From assembly GCF_006345805.1 (NCBI RefSeq), contig NC_043000.1, forward strand, positions 94,550,001 to 94,614,000: a stretch of DNA of 64,000 bases, given 5' to 3'. The number at the start of each line of letters is the position of its first letter. The stretch's first letter is position 1. Position numbers and translations under genes: made by a program. Below, piece by piece: positions 52,692-64,000 of the stretch. Source of the stretch: Octopus sinensis (lineage: Eukaryota). The notes under the pieces are model-generated. The model had not been told where the DNA came from. It worked only from the letters and a program-made list of their open reading frames with translations, and did not search any database.

Positions 52692-52917
52692 GATATTTCA
52701 ATAATGATGACGGCCTGAAATCGAACTTGCTACAATTTTTGGCTAATAAGGACAAGAAGTTCTATGAGCGCGGAATCATGAAGTTGCCAGAAATATGGCA
52801 AAATGTCATTGAATAAAATGGAAAATATATAATTGCTTAAAGTCTATTCTTCGTATGAAAACAAAATGACTTATTTCAAACTAAAAAAAACGAAATTACA
52901 CTCTTGCCAACCCAATA
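52692..52917 (+). mobile_element. mariner (DD34D-type) 3' fragment with right TIR
   Basis: FNNDDGLKSNLLQF.ANKDKKFYERGIMKLPEIWQNVIE*NGKYI; TIR ..AAATTAC..TTGCCAACCCAA|TA. Confidence 0.8.
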
Positions 52918-52932
52918 CATACATATACATAC

Positions 52933-52974
<42 letters not shown>

Positions 52975-53000
52975 ATATATATATAATATATATATATAAT

Positions 53001-53044
<44 letters not shown>

Positions 53045-53103
53045 CACACACACACAAACATGTACACACACACACACATACACACACACATATATATACA
53101 TAT

Positions 53104-53215
53104 ATGCGAAGAGCTTCTTTCATTTAACGTCTGCCAAATCCATTCACAAGGCTTTGCTTGATCCGTGGCTATAGTAGGAGATGCCTCCCTATGTGGTTGG
53201 GAAGTTAACTACTTC
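53104..53215 (-). mobile_element. SINE family B core/head fragment with internal deletion
   Basis: CCAAATCCATTCACAAGGCTTTG..GGCTATAGTAG..ATGTGGTTGGGAAG. Confidence 0.6.
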
Positions 53216-53924
53216 TGAATATCTACACACCGTTCGATGTTAAAGAAGTCTGAATGACCAGTCAACAAATCGAGGGAGAAAAAAGTTTGTTTTTTCAGCG
53301 ACGCTGCTGTTAAAACAAAATTGTATCGTTCATGCTTAAAATATTGTCAGTGCATAAAGAATACAGGAAGACATATTAGGATTATAGTATGATTCTTTTA
53401 AAGCGCCACCCCCTACGCTTACCAATTAAGAGATACTACAGCATCCCATTAGGATGAATTTCAAATTGCATTGTATCGGTCACATTCGACAAGTGTAAGA
53501 AACCTTACGATGCTGCAATGTAGGACAAGAAAGCCTTGCTGCCAAATAAAAGAAATGGACAATAATGCGCGCACACACATACATACACGCATTTACAGAA
53601 AGAGTGTAGAGTGTGAGCGAGGCAAGAGAGAGAGAGAGAGGGAGAGAGAGAGAGAGAGACTGAAGAGATCAGAAGAGGAGGGAGGAACGGATACAGAGAG
53701 AAAAAGTTAGAGAATATAGGAGAAAGAGGACAGATGAAGTGAGAAAAACAGCAGGTAAAAATCCCATTTATGTTTCTCCACCAAATTAATTTCCTTGTAC
53801 GATCTTTATAATATTCTTAATAAAATATTCCAGAGCTCATTTTCGAACATAATTGCAGCTTTGTGTCGCTCCTACTGACTATTTTCTCATAATTTCTTTA
53901 TAATAATAGCCGATATAAATGTTT

Positions 53925-54020
53925 GTTGGATGGTTGGTTGGTTGGTTGGTTGGTTGGCTGGTTGGTTGGTTGGTTGGTGGGTTGGTTGGTTGGCTGGTTG
54001 GTTGGTTGGTGAGTTGGTTG
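53925..54020. repeat. (TTGG)n microsatellite
   Basis: Read directly. Confidence 0.9.
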
Positions 54021-54089
54021 ATTTTTCCATTTACACTTTAGATCATATATATAGTGGTGCCGAGCAAATAGAGTAAGAGTTAGCTTAAA

Positions 54090-54275
54090 AGGTGGAAGAT
54101 ACCGATTGACAACCGGTATTGATTTGTTTACGTCCCCGTAACTTAGCTTTTCGGCCAGAGACCCATACAATAAGTACCAGGCTTCAGAAAAAAACTATTA
54201 CTGCGGTCGCCTAAAACACAACAAGGCGGTGCTGAAGTATGGCCGCAGCCCAGTGACTGGAAGAAGTAAAGACAA
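54090..54275 (+). mobile_element. SINE family B, 3' half
   Basis: TGACAACCGG..TTTACGTCCCCGTAACTTAGC..GGCGGTGCTGAAGTATGGCCGCAG. Confidence 0.75.
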
Positions 54276-54407
54276 ACAATGTTCCGTTGATTGAGCGACA
54301 GAGTACTCGTTGAAAACCAACAGAATATTCATAACATAACATCTATACCGTTTCGTTTTTGGATTTGGTTTTGCAAGATTCTTTATATGAGTTCGTGTGT
54401 TGAAACA

Positions 54408-55084
54408 TATTCTATTGTGTCTGGTGAGAGTCATTTTCTTTTTGTGCCTTATAATGTAACACACCCACCGGTAAAATTTCCACTTTTTTCTTACTCTCTT
54501 TTACTCTTTTACTTGTTTCAGTCATCTGACCGCGGCCATGCTGGAGCACCGCCTTTTAATCGAGCAACTCGACCCCGGGACTTTTTTTTTTTGTAAGCCC
54601 AGTACTTATTCTATCGCTCTCTTTTGCCGAACCGCTAAATAACGGGGTCATAAACACACCAGCATCGGTTGTCAAGCAATGCTAGGGGGACAAACACATA
54701 GCGGTTCGGCAAAAGAGACCGATAGAATATATACGACGGGCTTCTTTCAGTTTCCGTCTACCAAATCCACTCAAAAGGCTTTGGTCGACCCGAGGCTATA
54801 GTAGAAGACACTTGCCCAAGGCTCCACGCATTGGGACTGAACCCGGAACCATGTGGTTGTTAAACAAGCTACTTACCACACTGCCACTCCTGCACCGATG
54901 TATTTGTATTTTCTTATTTGTATTTTCTTAAAATTTTTTGAGAGTCAAGACTATTGAAAAGGTTGCAAGACGCAACGAAAAGTTTAGGAAAATAAAAATA
55001 AGAAATAAGTGGAAATTTTACCGGTGAGTGTGTTAGATTATGAGGCACAAAAAGAAAATGACTTTCCCCATGACACAACAGAAT
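54408..55084. mobile_element. Palindromic TA-flanked MITE interrupted by a SINE-B
   Basis: About 80-bp inverted arms 54408-54487 and 55006-55084; further arm 54915-54940 pairs with 54979-55005. Confidence 0.8.
54488..54896 (-). mobile_element. SINE family B, full length, with internal inverted insert
   Basis: Near-identical to other B copies; central microsatellite replaced by a 31-bp inverted self-copy. Confidence 0.9.
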
Positions 55085-55871
55085 CTATACCGTTATTTTA
55101 ACAATGTTAAGTACCGGGATCATTTTAGTCACACTTCAATTGGTCAACATTGGATGATTTCTATGGCAATTAAGACTATGATTATTATGCGCAATTGCAC
55201 AGAGAATTTGGACAAATACACATACATACATACATACATACATACATACATACATACACATACATACATACATTCACGCATGCATGCATACATACATTTA
55301 TACATACGTACGTACGTATGGACATGTATGCATGTATGTATGATATATTGTATGTGTATAGTGTTTTCTCATTATTCTGTTATGTACAAAGCTTCTCAAA
55401 GAAATGTCAAATTCTTTCTAGAATTATACAAGACGTTATTTTCTAAAATTTGACATTTTATATAAATTAATGCCACAACTGACGTTCGTATCATCGATAC
55501 CAAGTTCACTGTACTACTGTTCATATATTCAAGAGGATTCCTTATACTGTTTTTTATATAAATTCCAGACTTCCTAAAAGAATCAGAAATTACCATTTTC
55601 AATTAACGAAGCGTAAAACGTAGTGGAAAATAAAAATGCACGAAGTGGAAAATAAAAATGGAGAGCTTATGAACAGCTGAAGTTGAAGCATAAAAGTCAA
55701 AATTATTTTGTCATAAATGTAGCTTCGTTTCGCACACTCACAAGCACATAAATGCGCGCGCGCATGCACACTCATACGCACACATACACTTGAATATTCA
55801 GATGCACATATATATATATATATGTATATACTATATTATAAGGGATTCATAAATAGTGCATGTATATATAT

Positions 55872-55919
<48 letters not shown>

Positions 55920-55970
55920 ATATGTATGTATGTATGTATGTATATATGTATGTATATTTATATATATATA

Positions 55971-56090
55971 GAAGAGCGCAGGCTCGAAACGTAAAAGACT
56001 TTTTCTATGCCTGAGCGTTATATTAATACATCTGTTTGTTACGTACACCACCTGTCTTCGTCTTTTGTTTTTTTCGTAAACTCTCCCTAT
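55971..56090 (+). mobile_element. Family F repeat, 5'-truncated
   Basis: GAAGAGCGCAGGCTCGAAACGTAAAAGAC...CTCTCCC(TA)n; homologous to 25152-25268. Confidence 0.75.
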
Positions 56091-56930
56091 ATATATATAT
56101 ATATATATATACATTACACATACGCACGTACACACTCACGTACATGCACACACAAACATACATATTTACATATATTCAGGAACACGCATATACAGATATG
56201 TATGTGTATGTATATAAATATCTATATATGTATATTCAATTTTGGGGGATTAATCGATATGCGGGTATTCTATTTCAGATAATACAAAAATAACCTAATG
56301 AGTATATCTTACAGTAAACTTATGGTACCAGTTTGCACATCACAAAATAATACTTAAAGGATATAACCAAAATTTCCAGCTGGGTATATAATGTACTTCA
56401 TTGATTATATCATACTTTAGTTAATATTTATATTTATCAAATTTGAAGGAACTACACGTATTTCAGTAATGGAAGATTACAATATATATACATGTACACA
56501 ACTGTATACCCATATATATAAACATATAAATACATACATTCAATCGTCAGATTTACAATTATTCCAACACATCTTCAGGTATAAATCCTTAAAAATGTTT
56601 CAGCCCGAAGGCTGCGGGCATGCTGGGGCACCCTCGCTGGTATATTGACTTTTATCAGATACTTTCTATATTTATAGATAAATATATAACTATACGATAA
56701 ATAAGACCCCAAAGTACGATATGTAGATGCATAAAACGCTGTAGGGTTACACCTGATTGATTTGGAAATTTGTTTTCCCAAATTGTTTATATATATGTGT
56801 GCGTGTGTGTGTGTGTGTGTGTGTGCGTGTGCATGTGTGTGCGCGCACGCGTGTGTGTGTGTGTGCGCGCACGCGCGTGCGTGTGTATGTTTGTATGTAT
56901 AAATATATGTGTTCGTGTGTGTACCTGTGT

Positions 56931-58990
56931 ACACATGGCGAAAAGAGAAACCAGAACTTCCGGCCGGTTGGTGATTATAGACGCCTCAATACCATTACTA
57001 TCCCTGACCGCTATCCCTTACCTTCAGGATTTTTCCTCTGCTCTCCATGGATGCACTGTCTTGTGTAAAATTGACCTAGTACGCGCATACCACCAAATAC
57101 CAGTGAACTCGGCAGACATCCCGAAAACAACCTTGACCACACCATTTGGCTCGTTCGAGTTCTTATCCATGCCATTTGGACTGCACAATGCTGCTAGTAC
57201 TTTCCAGCGATTTATTGAGGAAGTTGTTCGTGGGTTGGATTTTGTCTTTTACATATGTGGATGACATTTTGATAGCCAGAAATACTGCTGAGCATCATCA
57301 TCAGCATTTATCTCAGTTATTGCAGCTTCTTCGATCTTACAACGTCAAGGTCAACCCCACCAAGTGCGTATTTGGCGTTTCTTCGTTAGAATTCCTGGGA
57401 CAACTTATTGACTCTAAAGGCATTCGACCTCCACCTGCACAGGGCGAAGCGATTCAGCATCTTGCACCATCCATCTTATTAAGGCAATTACGGCATTTCC
57501 TAGGGTTGATAAATTTCTGTCGCCATTTCATTCTCATATGTGCGGACAAGCTATTTGCTTTACCCCAGTTCTTGAAAGATAGAAAAAAGATAGTCGCTCC
57601 TGTTTCTCTCTTTCCTCATGCGTTGCAGTCGCTTGAATCTGTCAAGACTGAATTTGCTCAAATTTCCTTACTCGTTCATCCTAAAATGAACGCCAAGCTT
57701 TCTGTAACCGTCTCTTCATCTGATTGTGCTGTTGCAGATGTACTGCAACAGACAGTTGACCACTTGACTCAACTTTGGGAATGTTTTTCACACCAATTGA
57801 AGCCAGCAGAACTGCGGTATAGTACCTTTGACAGGGAACTGCTAGCTGATTATCGTACCATGACACACTTTCATCATCTCCTTGAAGGTCGAGAGCTCGT
57901 GATATTCACAGATCACAAACCACTTACGTTTGCTCTGTAATCCAAATCGGAGACGTACTCACCGAGAGCATACAGCTACTTGGATTCCATTTCTCAGTTC
58001 ACCAATGACATTGGCCACATAGCTGGAACTTCAAATATACCAGCTGACACCTTCTTGTCTAAGCTTCCAGTATGTTCCTTTCTTCTGCTGCTATTTATTT
58101 GGTTGCAATTGCTTCAGACCAACCATCGTTGGATTCGATTGACGTTTCTTCTGCTCAGTTTTTCTTGTTGCAAGTTTGAATACCTGCCACTTCCATCTGC
58201 TGATGGAAAGATCCTCTGCGGTGTTTCTACTGGATCACCCAGACTGCTTGTTATCGCCCATAGTTTTTGATGCGCTTCTCTCTTTATCGCATCCAGGTTT
58301 TTCGTACATGTTAATTTGTATTGATCGTTTCTCCCGGCGGCCTGAAGCCATTCCCCTAGTGGACATCTCCGCTGAATCAGTCGCTCGCGCTATGATATCA
58401 GGCTGGATATCGCGTTTCGGTGTTCCCTCAAAGATCACCACTGATCGGGGGCGACAATTTGAATCACAGCTCTTCCGCTAACTTTCCCACCTCCTGGTAG
58501 CACACGACAAGCTACCACCCCGAGTCTAACGAGATGGTAGAGCGCTTCCACCGTCAATTGAAAATAGCTCTTAGTGCATCACCAAATCCCCCAAGATGGA
58601 TCGAGTACCTACCCTTTTGGGTTGTCGGTCCTCCGTGAAAGCGGTCCTGGGCTTTTCTGCTGCTGAACTGCTTTATCGGGTACCGTTATCATTGCCTGGC
58701 CAGATTTTGACACCAACTAATAATGCTTCTAAGGATTTTGCGGTCATACTTCTGTCATCTGCCACCTATGAACACTCGGTCACAATCCGTGAAGTCTGCA
58801 GTACCTAAGGACATTTCTACGTGGACCCATGTGTTCATCTGCAACGATGCTGTGAGGCATCCTCTCACAGCTCCATACTCTGGACATTGCCGGGTTCTTA
58901 ATCGCACAGACAAAGTATTCACAATAGACCTTAACAGAAAAAGTGATTATGTCTGTGGATAGACTCAAGAAGGTACATACTGACGCTCAT
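56931..58990 (+). mobile_element. Ty3/Gypsy pol pseudogene (RT, RNase H, integrase; CsRN1-like), 5'-truncated
   Basis: [98 protein letters not shown]; several frameshifts and stops. Confidence 0.95.
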
Positions 58991-59407
58991 ACACCTGAGC
59001 CTCCCCACCACCACATTTACAATACCTTCGCAAACACCTTCTATACCACTAGCATAGGTTTCACGACCACCATCGCCAACGCCATCACCCTCCAGACCTT
59101 ACGTCACGCGCACAGATCGCACCACACTTTGGCCAAGCAAACTTTCTAAATTTGTTTATATTTGTTCCTGTGGGTACAAGAATTCATGTACAAATTGCAA
59201 ATTTTAACTGTTTTGCTGCATTTTTATATTTGCTGTATTGTATAACATGTTCTTTACATTTAATTTTATAAATATTGTGTTTGCATGCGTAGTTTGCGCT
59301 TTGCCAGCTTCTTTAAACACCTTTTCCCACGTTTTTGTCTTTCCTAGCCTACGTTAACTCCTTTGCATATCAACCTTTCTTACTACTTACTGTCTGGAGG
59401 AGGATCA

Positions 59408-59639
59408 TGTAGGCGTTGTGTGTGAACACCGGTGACGTCGCTAATATGATATGGTTCATTTACATTAAAAAGGGTAATAACACTGAGTTATCTCCTCTTG
59501 CGTGTAGTTGGCAGCTAGGCGTCGCTGAACGGCATAGCTATATATGCCAGTCGTCTCCATGTTCAAACAATCGCGTTTTTGCTTTATACGAATACACACG
59601 TCGACTCACTCATATCATTTCTCTTTTGGCTGATCTACG
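59408..59639 (+). mobile_element. Probable 3' LTR of the Gypsy element
   Basis: Polypurine tract GGAGGAGGA (59396-59404) just before TGTAG; probable decayed end CTACG at 59635-39. Confidence 0.6.
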
Positions 59640-60159
59640 TTTGAAAGTCCAGAATAGTAGCTGAAATTGGTTAAAGTAATTTCTTTGGGACTTAAAACTC
59701 TCTCTTGTTTTCACAAACAATATAAGCAGTCGTTAGGTAAGTACTTTCCTTTGACTTATTCTTGTGTCAAATTGTTATGTTGACCTAAAGTCTGACAACA
59801 GGCACTCAACAAATTCTTAAGTGAATGCAACCAGCATTCATTTGTTCTTGGTATGAATACGATTGTTTGAATCGAGTTTCTAATTGTATGAATGCATTGG
59901 AATTGAACTTCCATTTGTATGTGTATATTTTCACTGTGTTACAATAAATCTTTTGTTGAAGACATTGTGAACTCTCTGTGTCGTCTTAGTTATTCGTTGC
60001 TAACGAATTAACCATACAATATCTTTTAGTACTACCCTCAAAAGAAACGTTGAAATCTCTTAACATGTAACTAATGGAAGCCTGGTTAATCCACAATTGA
60101 AAAATGTTTATCCACCAATGCGGTGTTGAGCAATCATTCTCACTGTTCGATATTAACGT

Positions 60160-60191
60160 AGACAGACAGATAGATAGGTAGATAGAGAGTT

Positions 60192-60222
<31 letters not shown>

Positions 60223-60606
60223 CAGAGAGAGAGACGGAGAGAGACGGAGAGAGAGAATGAGAAAGAGAAAGAATGAGAGTGAAAGAGAGAGAAAGAGAGA
60301 GAGAGACTGTGAGAAACGGAGATAGAGAGAGAAAGAAAGAAAAGGTATACATAGAAAGATGCATAGACAGAGAGAGAGAGAGAGATGGAGTGAGAGAATG
60401 AGAGTGAGAGAGCGAGAATGAGGGTGAGAGAGAGAATGAGAGTGAGAAAAGGAGAGAAAGAGAGAGGGAAAGAGAAAGAGGGATAGAGAGGGGGAGGGGG
60501 ACAAAGAATAAGTGAGAGTGAGAGGGGAAGGATGAGAGTGAGAGGGAAAGAGAAAGATAGATAGATAGAGAGAAAGATAGATAGATAGGTAGATAGATAG
60601 ATAGAG

Positions 60607-60665
<59 letters not shown>

Positions 60666-60762
60666 AAGATAGAGGGGGAGGGAAGAGAGAATGAGAAGGA
60701 GAGTGAGAGGGGGAAGAATGAGAGTGAGAGAGAGAGAACGATAGAGAGAGAGAGAGAAAGTG

Positions 60763-60837
<75 letters not shown>

Positions 60838-60900
60838 ATCGCATACATATACATTATATATGTGTATATGTGTATATATATATACATAATACTTAAATAT
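60160..60900. repeat. Large compound purine-rich microsatellite (GA, TAGA, GACA)
   Basis: Read directly; explains the 234-244 aa ORFs. Confidence 0.95.
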
Positions 60901-61549
60901 GTGTATATATTTACTCATGTATGTAAATAAATGTATAAATGTATGTAAGCTTCTTACACATTAAACTCACAGACACAACCCTACCTATAAAGTTTCTACG
61001 TTGTAACTGACACAGATAGAAAAGCGAGAGTAAGAGAGAGAGAAAAAGTAAGAGAGGGAGAGCCGAAGAGAGAGAGAACAAGACAGAGATATACAGAGAG
61101 TGAAAGACAGAGAAAAGAAGTACAGTGAGATTTAAGCTTACTGGACTGGACATTTCATATAATATCTGCTTATCCAGGAACAATAAATCATGGCTTGATT
61201 CGTGATAACTCGATAAATCTAACTAATGAAATATAGCCTTCATTTAGTGCGTCAGTCAGGAGCCATTGAACTAGGTGGAAGCTGCATTAGTTATTGCTCA
61301 AATCTGATTATATAGTCTCATAACTTGTCTATATGTCTTGATTGGCGATCAAAGTAAAGGGTTTGTTTTAAGGTTCGAAAACTTTTATTCTTGGGATAGA
61401 ATCGAAGTCCAAATCTACGACTCTTTAATGAAATAAGCGTGATGGAAATTTTAGGGTAAGCCACATTGTAAGAAGGAAAATAATATAACTTCTGCCTTGA
61501 TAAATATATGTATGTGTGTGTGTGTCTGTAGGTATATATATATATATAT

Positions 61550-61656
<107 letters not shown>

Positions 61657-61657
61657 G

Positions 61658-61728
<71 letters not shown>

Positions 61729-61754
61729 CGTACATACATACATACATACATATA

Positions 61755-62842
61755 TCTATATATATAAAATTCAACTTGTGTGTCTGTGTGTGTATCTGTG
61801 TGCGTGTCTGTGTGTTTAACTTCCTGGCACATCTCCTCCTAGCCAACAAATCGTAGAACCACTAAAAATGGGTCACTTAATGTTTAGGCGAATGAAAATT
61901 GAACTGCGCTATTTCTGTTCCGAAATTCATCTCGCAAGTATAAAAATCGATAATGTGTTTGTTTAGGCCTTATCCCATGCATTGAATAGTGAACTTTACT
62001 CAGTCAGCTGTTTGACGTGAACTGTGTTCACCACGCGTGCAAGCATGCGTAAATTGTATGAAAAATAAAAAAATCAAGATATAAAAACGAATCGCCGTAA
62101 ACACTGTAGAAATTCGGCAAAGAAATGAATTTTCGGGATGTAGCCTTGAAGGGTTTTTCGAATTAATCGTTTGGACTTTGTGAACACATACCAATTGTTT
62201 TCATAACATTTTTAACGCTTTGAATTAAATGTGACCATTTTGCGTTGAGTCTGCAGTTTGAATCACTTTAACCAAATTTTAGCAGGCCGGATTTTTTATC
62301 ATCTCGATACATCGCCAGCGACACCCTGAAACTCTCCCCTGAAATCCCCGTTCAGAAATCTCTATATATAAAACTCAACTTGTGTGTCTGTGTGTGTATC
62401 TGTGTGTGTGTCTGTGTGTTTAACTTTTGGATCTACCAAGTTTCATTATTAAGGATGGAAAGTAGTGTGTAACAAATCTATGTATATATAAAGCAGGTTT
62501 GGTAGCCTTCAACTAACACTATCTCCTTTGAGACCCTGCAGCGCAAGTTGACCAAATTTGAGAGTATGATAGAAGAAGGCTTGCTCTTCATTTTGTAGAA
62601 GATAAAATTCTAATTGGACCATGTCAACGCCAAAAATTTACATCAAAAAGGTGCTTTTTTTCTATGAAAATCCCTATTTTTTACGATTTTTTACTGCTGT
62701 GTCGCCATTTTTCGGTGTATTTCAACGGGGAAAATGTTCACTTGAAGAGAATAATAAGTTGCATGAGGCAAAACTTTTACTTTTCAAAAATTTCAATTCT
62801 AAAGGGTCGAAAAAACCAAGCAACACCGGGTGATACTGCTAG
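61755..62842 (+). mobile_element. Composite non-autonomous Helitron with two 5' ends
   Basis: 5' ends a|TC..TATATAAAA.TCAACTTGTGTGTCTG at 61755 and 62359; single 3' hairpin plus CTAG|t at 62839-62842. Confidence 0.8.
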
Positions 62843-62880
<38 letters not shown>

Positions 62881-63013
62881 ATATATAATATATATATATT
62901 ATATATATATATATATATTATATTGAGGGAAGAATTTACGGACTTTTTCTCTTACGAGGTTTTTCCCGCTGACTACTGATAATTTCTTTTAAAGATTTTA
63001 TCCTCAATTGTTA

Positions 63014-63058
<45 letters not shown>

Positions 63059-63108
63059 CATACATATACACACACACACACACATATATATATATGTGTA
63101 TGTGTATG

Positions 63109-63143
<35 letters not shown>

Positions 63144-63177
63144 TGTATGTATATTTATCTATCTATCTAACTACATA

Positions 63178-63220
<43 letters not shown>

Positions 63221-63777
63221 ATATAATATATATATAATATATATATATATACTTCATTGAAAAGCAGTAAAAATATCACAAAAACTGTTACTCAGAGCTT
63301 CAAGTTCCCGTTCGTTGCAGAGTTTTCTTTAAAATAGAACAGAAATAATATGTAAATATATGTAATGAGTGCGGTGAATAAATTGTCTTCAAAATTACGC
63401 AAAATTGAAAATAATGACATTCTTTTAAATGATATTTCATTTGAAATGACATTTCATTTTAACAGATATATTTACCAAAATTACAATCTTTATAGCTTGA
63501 TACCTGTTATGAGTTGTCCTACACATCAACTCTCCAGATATAAATTGTCTGATATAAGTTGACCGGAAATGAGTTGACCTGATATCAAGTATATGAAGTT
63601 CAAATATTGCCAGAATTTCTCGAAAACTCGATAATTCTCAGTTGGCATCGATTTTTGTGAATGGAAATTCCCATAACGATATTACTTTTCATGCAGCTTT
63701 TGCATGTTTTGCCCGATTTTGATAAAAATCGATGAGTGAGCGAAGCTCATGGTAGTGAGTTGATGCCAATATATGAC

Positions 63778-63885
63778 GTTGACAAAACATCGATAATTGC
63801 TTCTGAGCAATGGATTTATAAAATCAACAGGCTTTTTGCGTGCAAATTCTCATAGGGATTTTATTTTTTGCCATAACTTTTACAT
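63778..63885 (+). repeat. Interspersed repeat segment shared with 51267-51372
   Basis: GATAATTGC..CTGAGCA.TGG.TTTATAAAATCA..GGCTTTTTGCGTGC.AAT..CCATAGGG in both. Confidence 0.7.
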
Positions 63886-64000
63886 TTTCATGCAAATGGT
63901 CACATGGATGCTGTTTTACGACGTAGCCTTAGCACATTTCTTTGGATTTTGCTAAGATGGGATACGCTGATCAATTTTGTACAGGGGAGAGAAATAAACA

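Noticed and set aside
63250-63350. TA-flanked segment with CTGCAACGA..TGAAGC on minus, vaguely PLE-end-like
   Set aside because: Too degenerate to support a fold or family call from this window.

Overview
Animal genomic DNA: AT-rich, saturated with microsatellites and dominated by transposable elements. The SINE families and repeat landscape look like an octopod cephalopod (Octopus-like); this is inferred from my recollection of the families, not from a search. I recognise no intact host gene, and nearly all long ORF-track entries are translated microsatellites. Supported content: many copies of two tRNA-derived SINE families (A and B, my labels) and heads of two more; at least six pieces of R4/Dong-clade RLE non-LTR retrotransposons, mostly embedded in (AAT)n arrays; RTE and CR1/L2-group LINE remnants; Penelope-like (GIY-YIG) remnants; Tc1, maT and mariner transposons; piggyBac-type and TA-flanked MITEs; several non-autonomous Helitrons; a decayed Ty3/Gypsy pol with its 3' LTR; and a near-perfect 722-bp tandem duplication. 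Most interesting: (i) minimal hammerhead-ribozyme-like folds recurring in several unrelated short repeats, including a probable tRNA-head + (AAT)n + hammerhead-tail SINE split open by three co-oriented AAT-targeted insertions (19.8-22.7 kb); (ii) a 1.1-kb element whose inverted arms each carry a hammerhead-like fold; (iii) a circularly permuted AAT-tailed element; (iv) a decayed 12-bp repeat reading as [VILM]-[CY]-[DN]-x. Candidate exons and a promoter-like patch are low confidence. Coordinates were counted by eye and may be off by a few bases.
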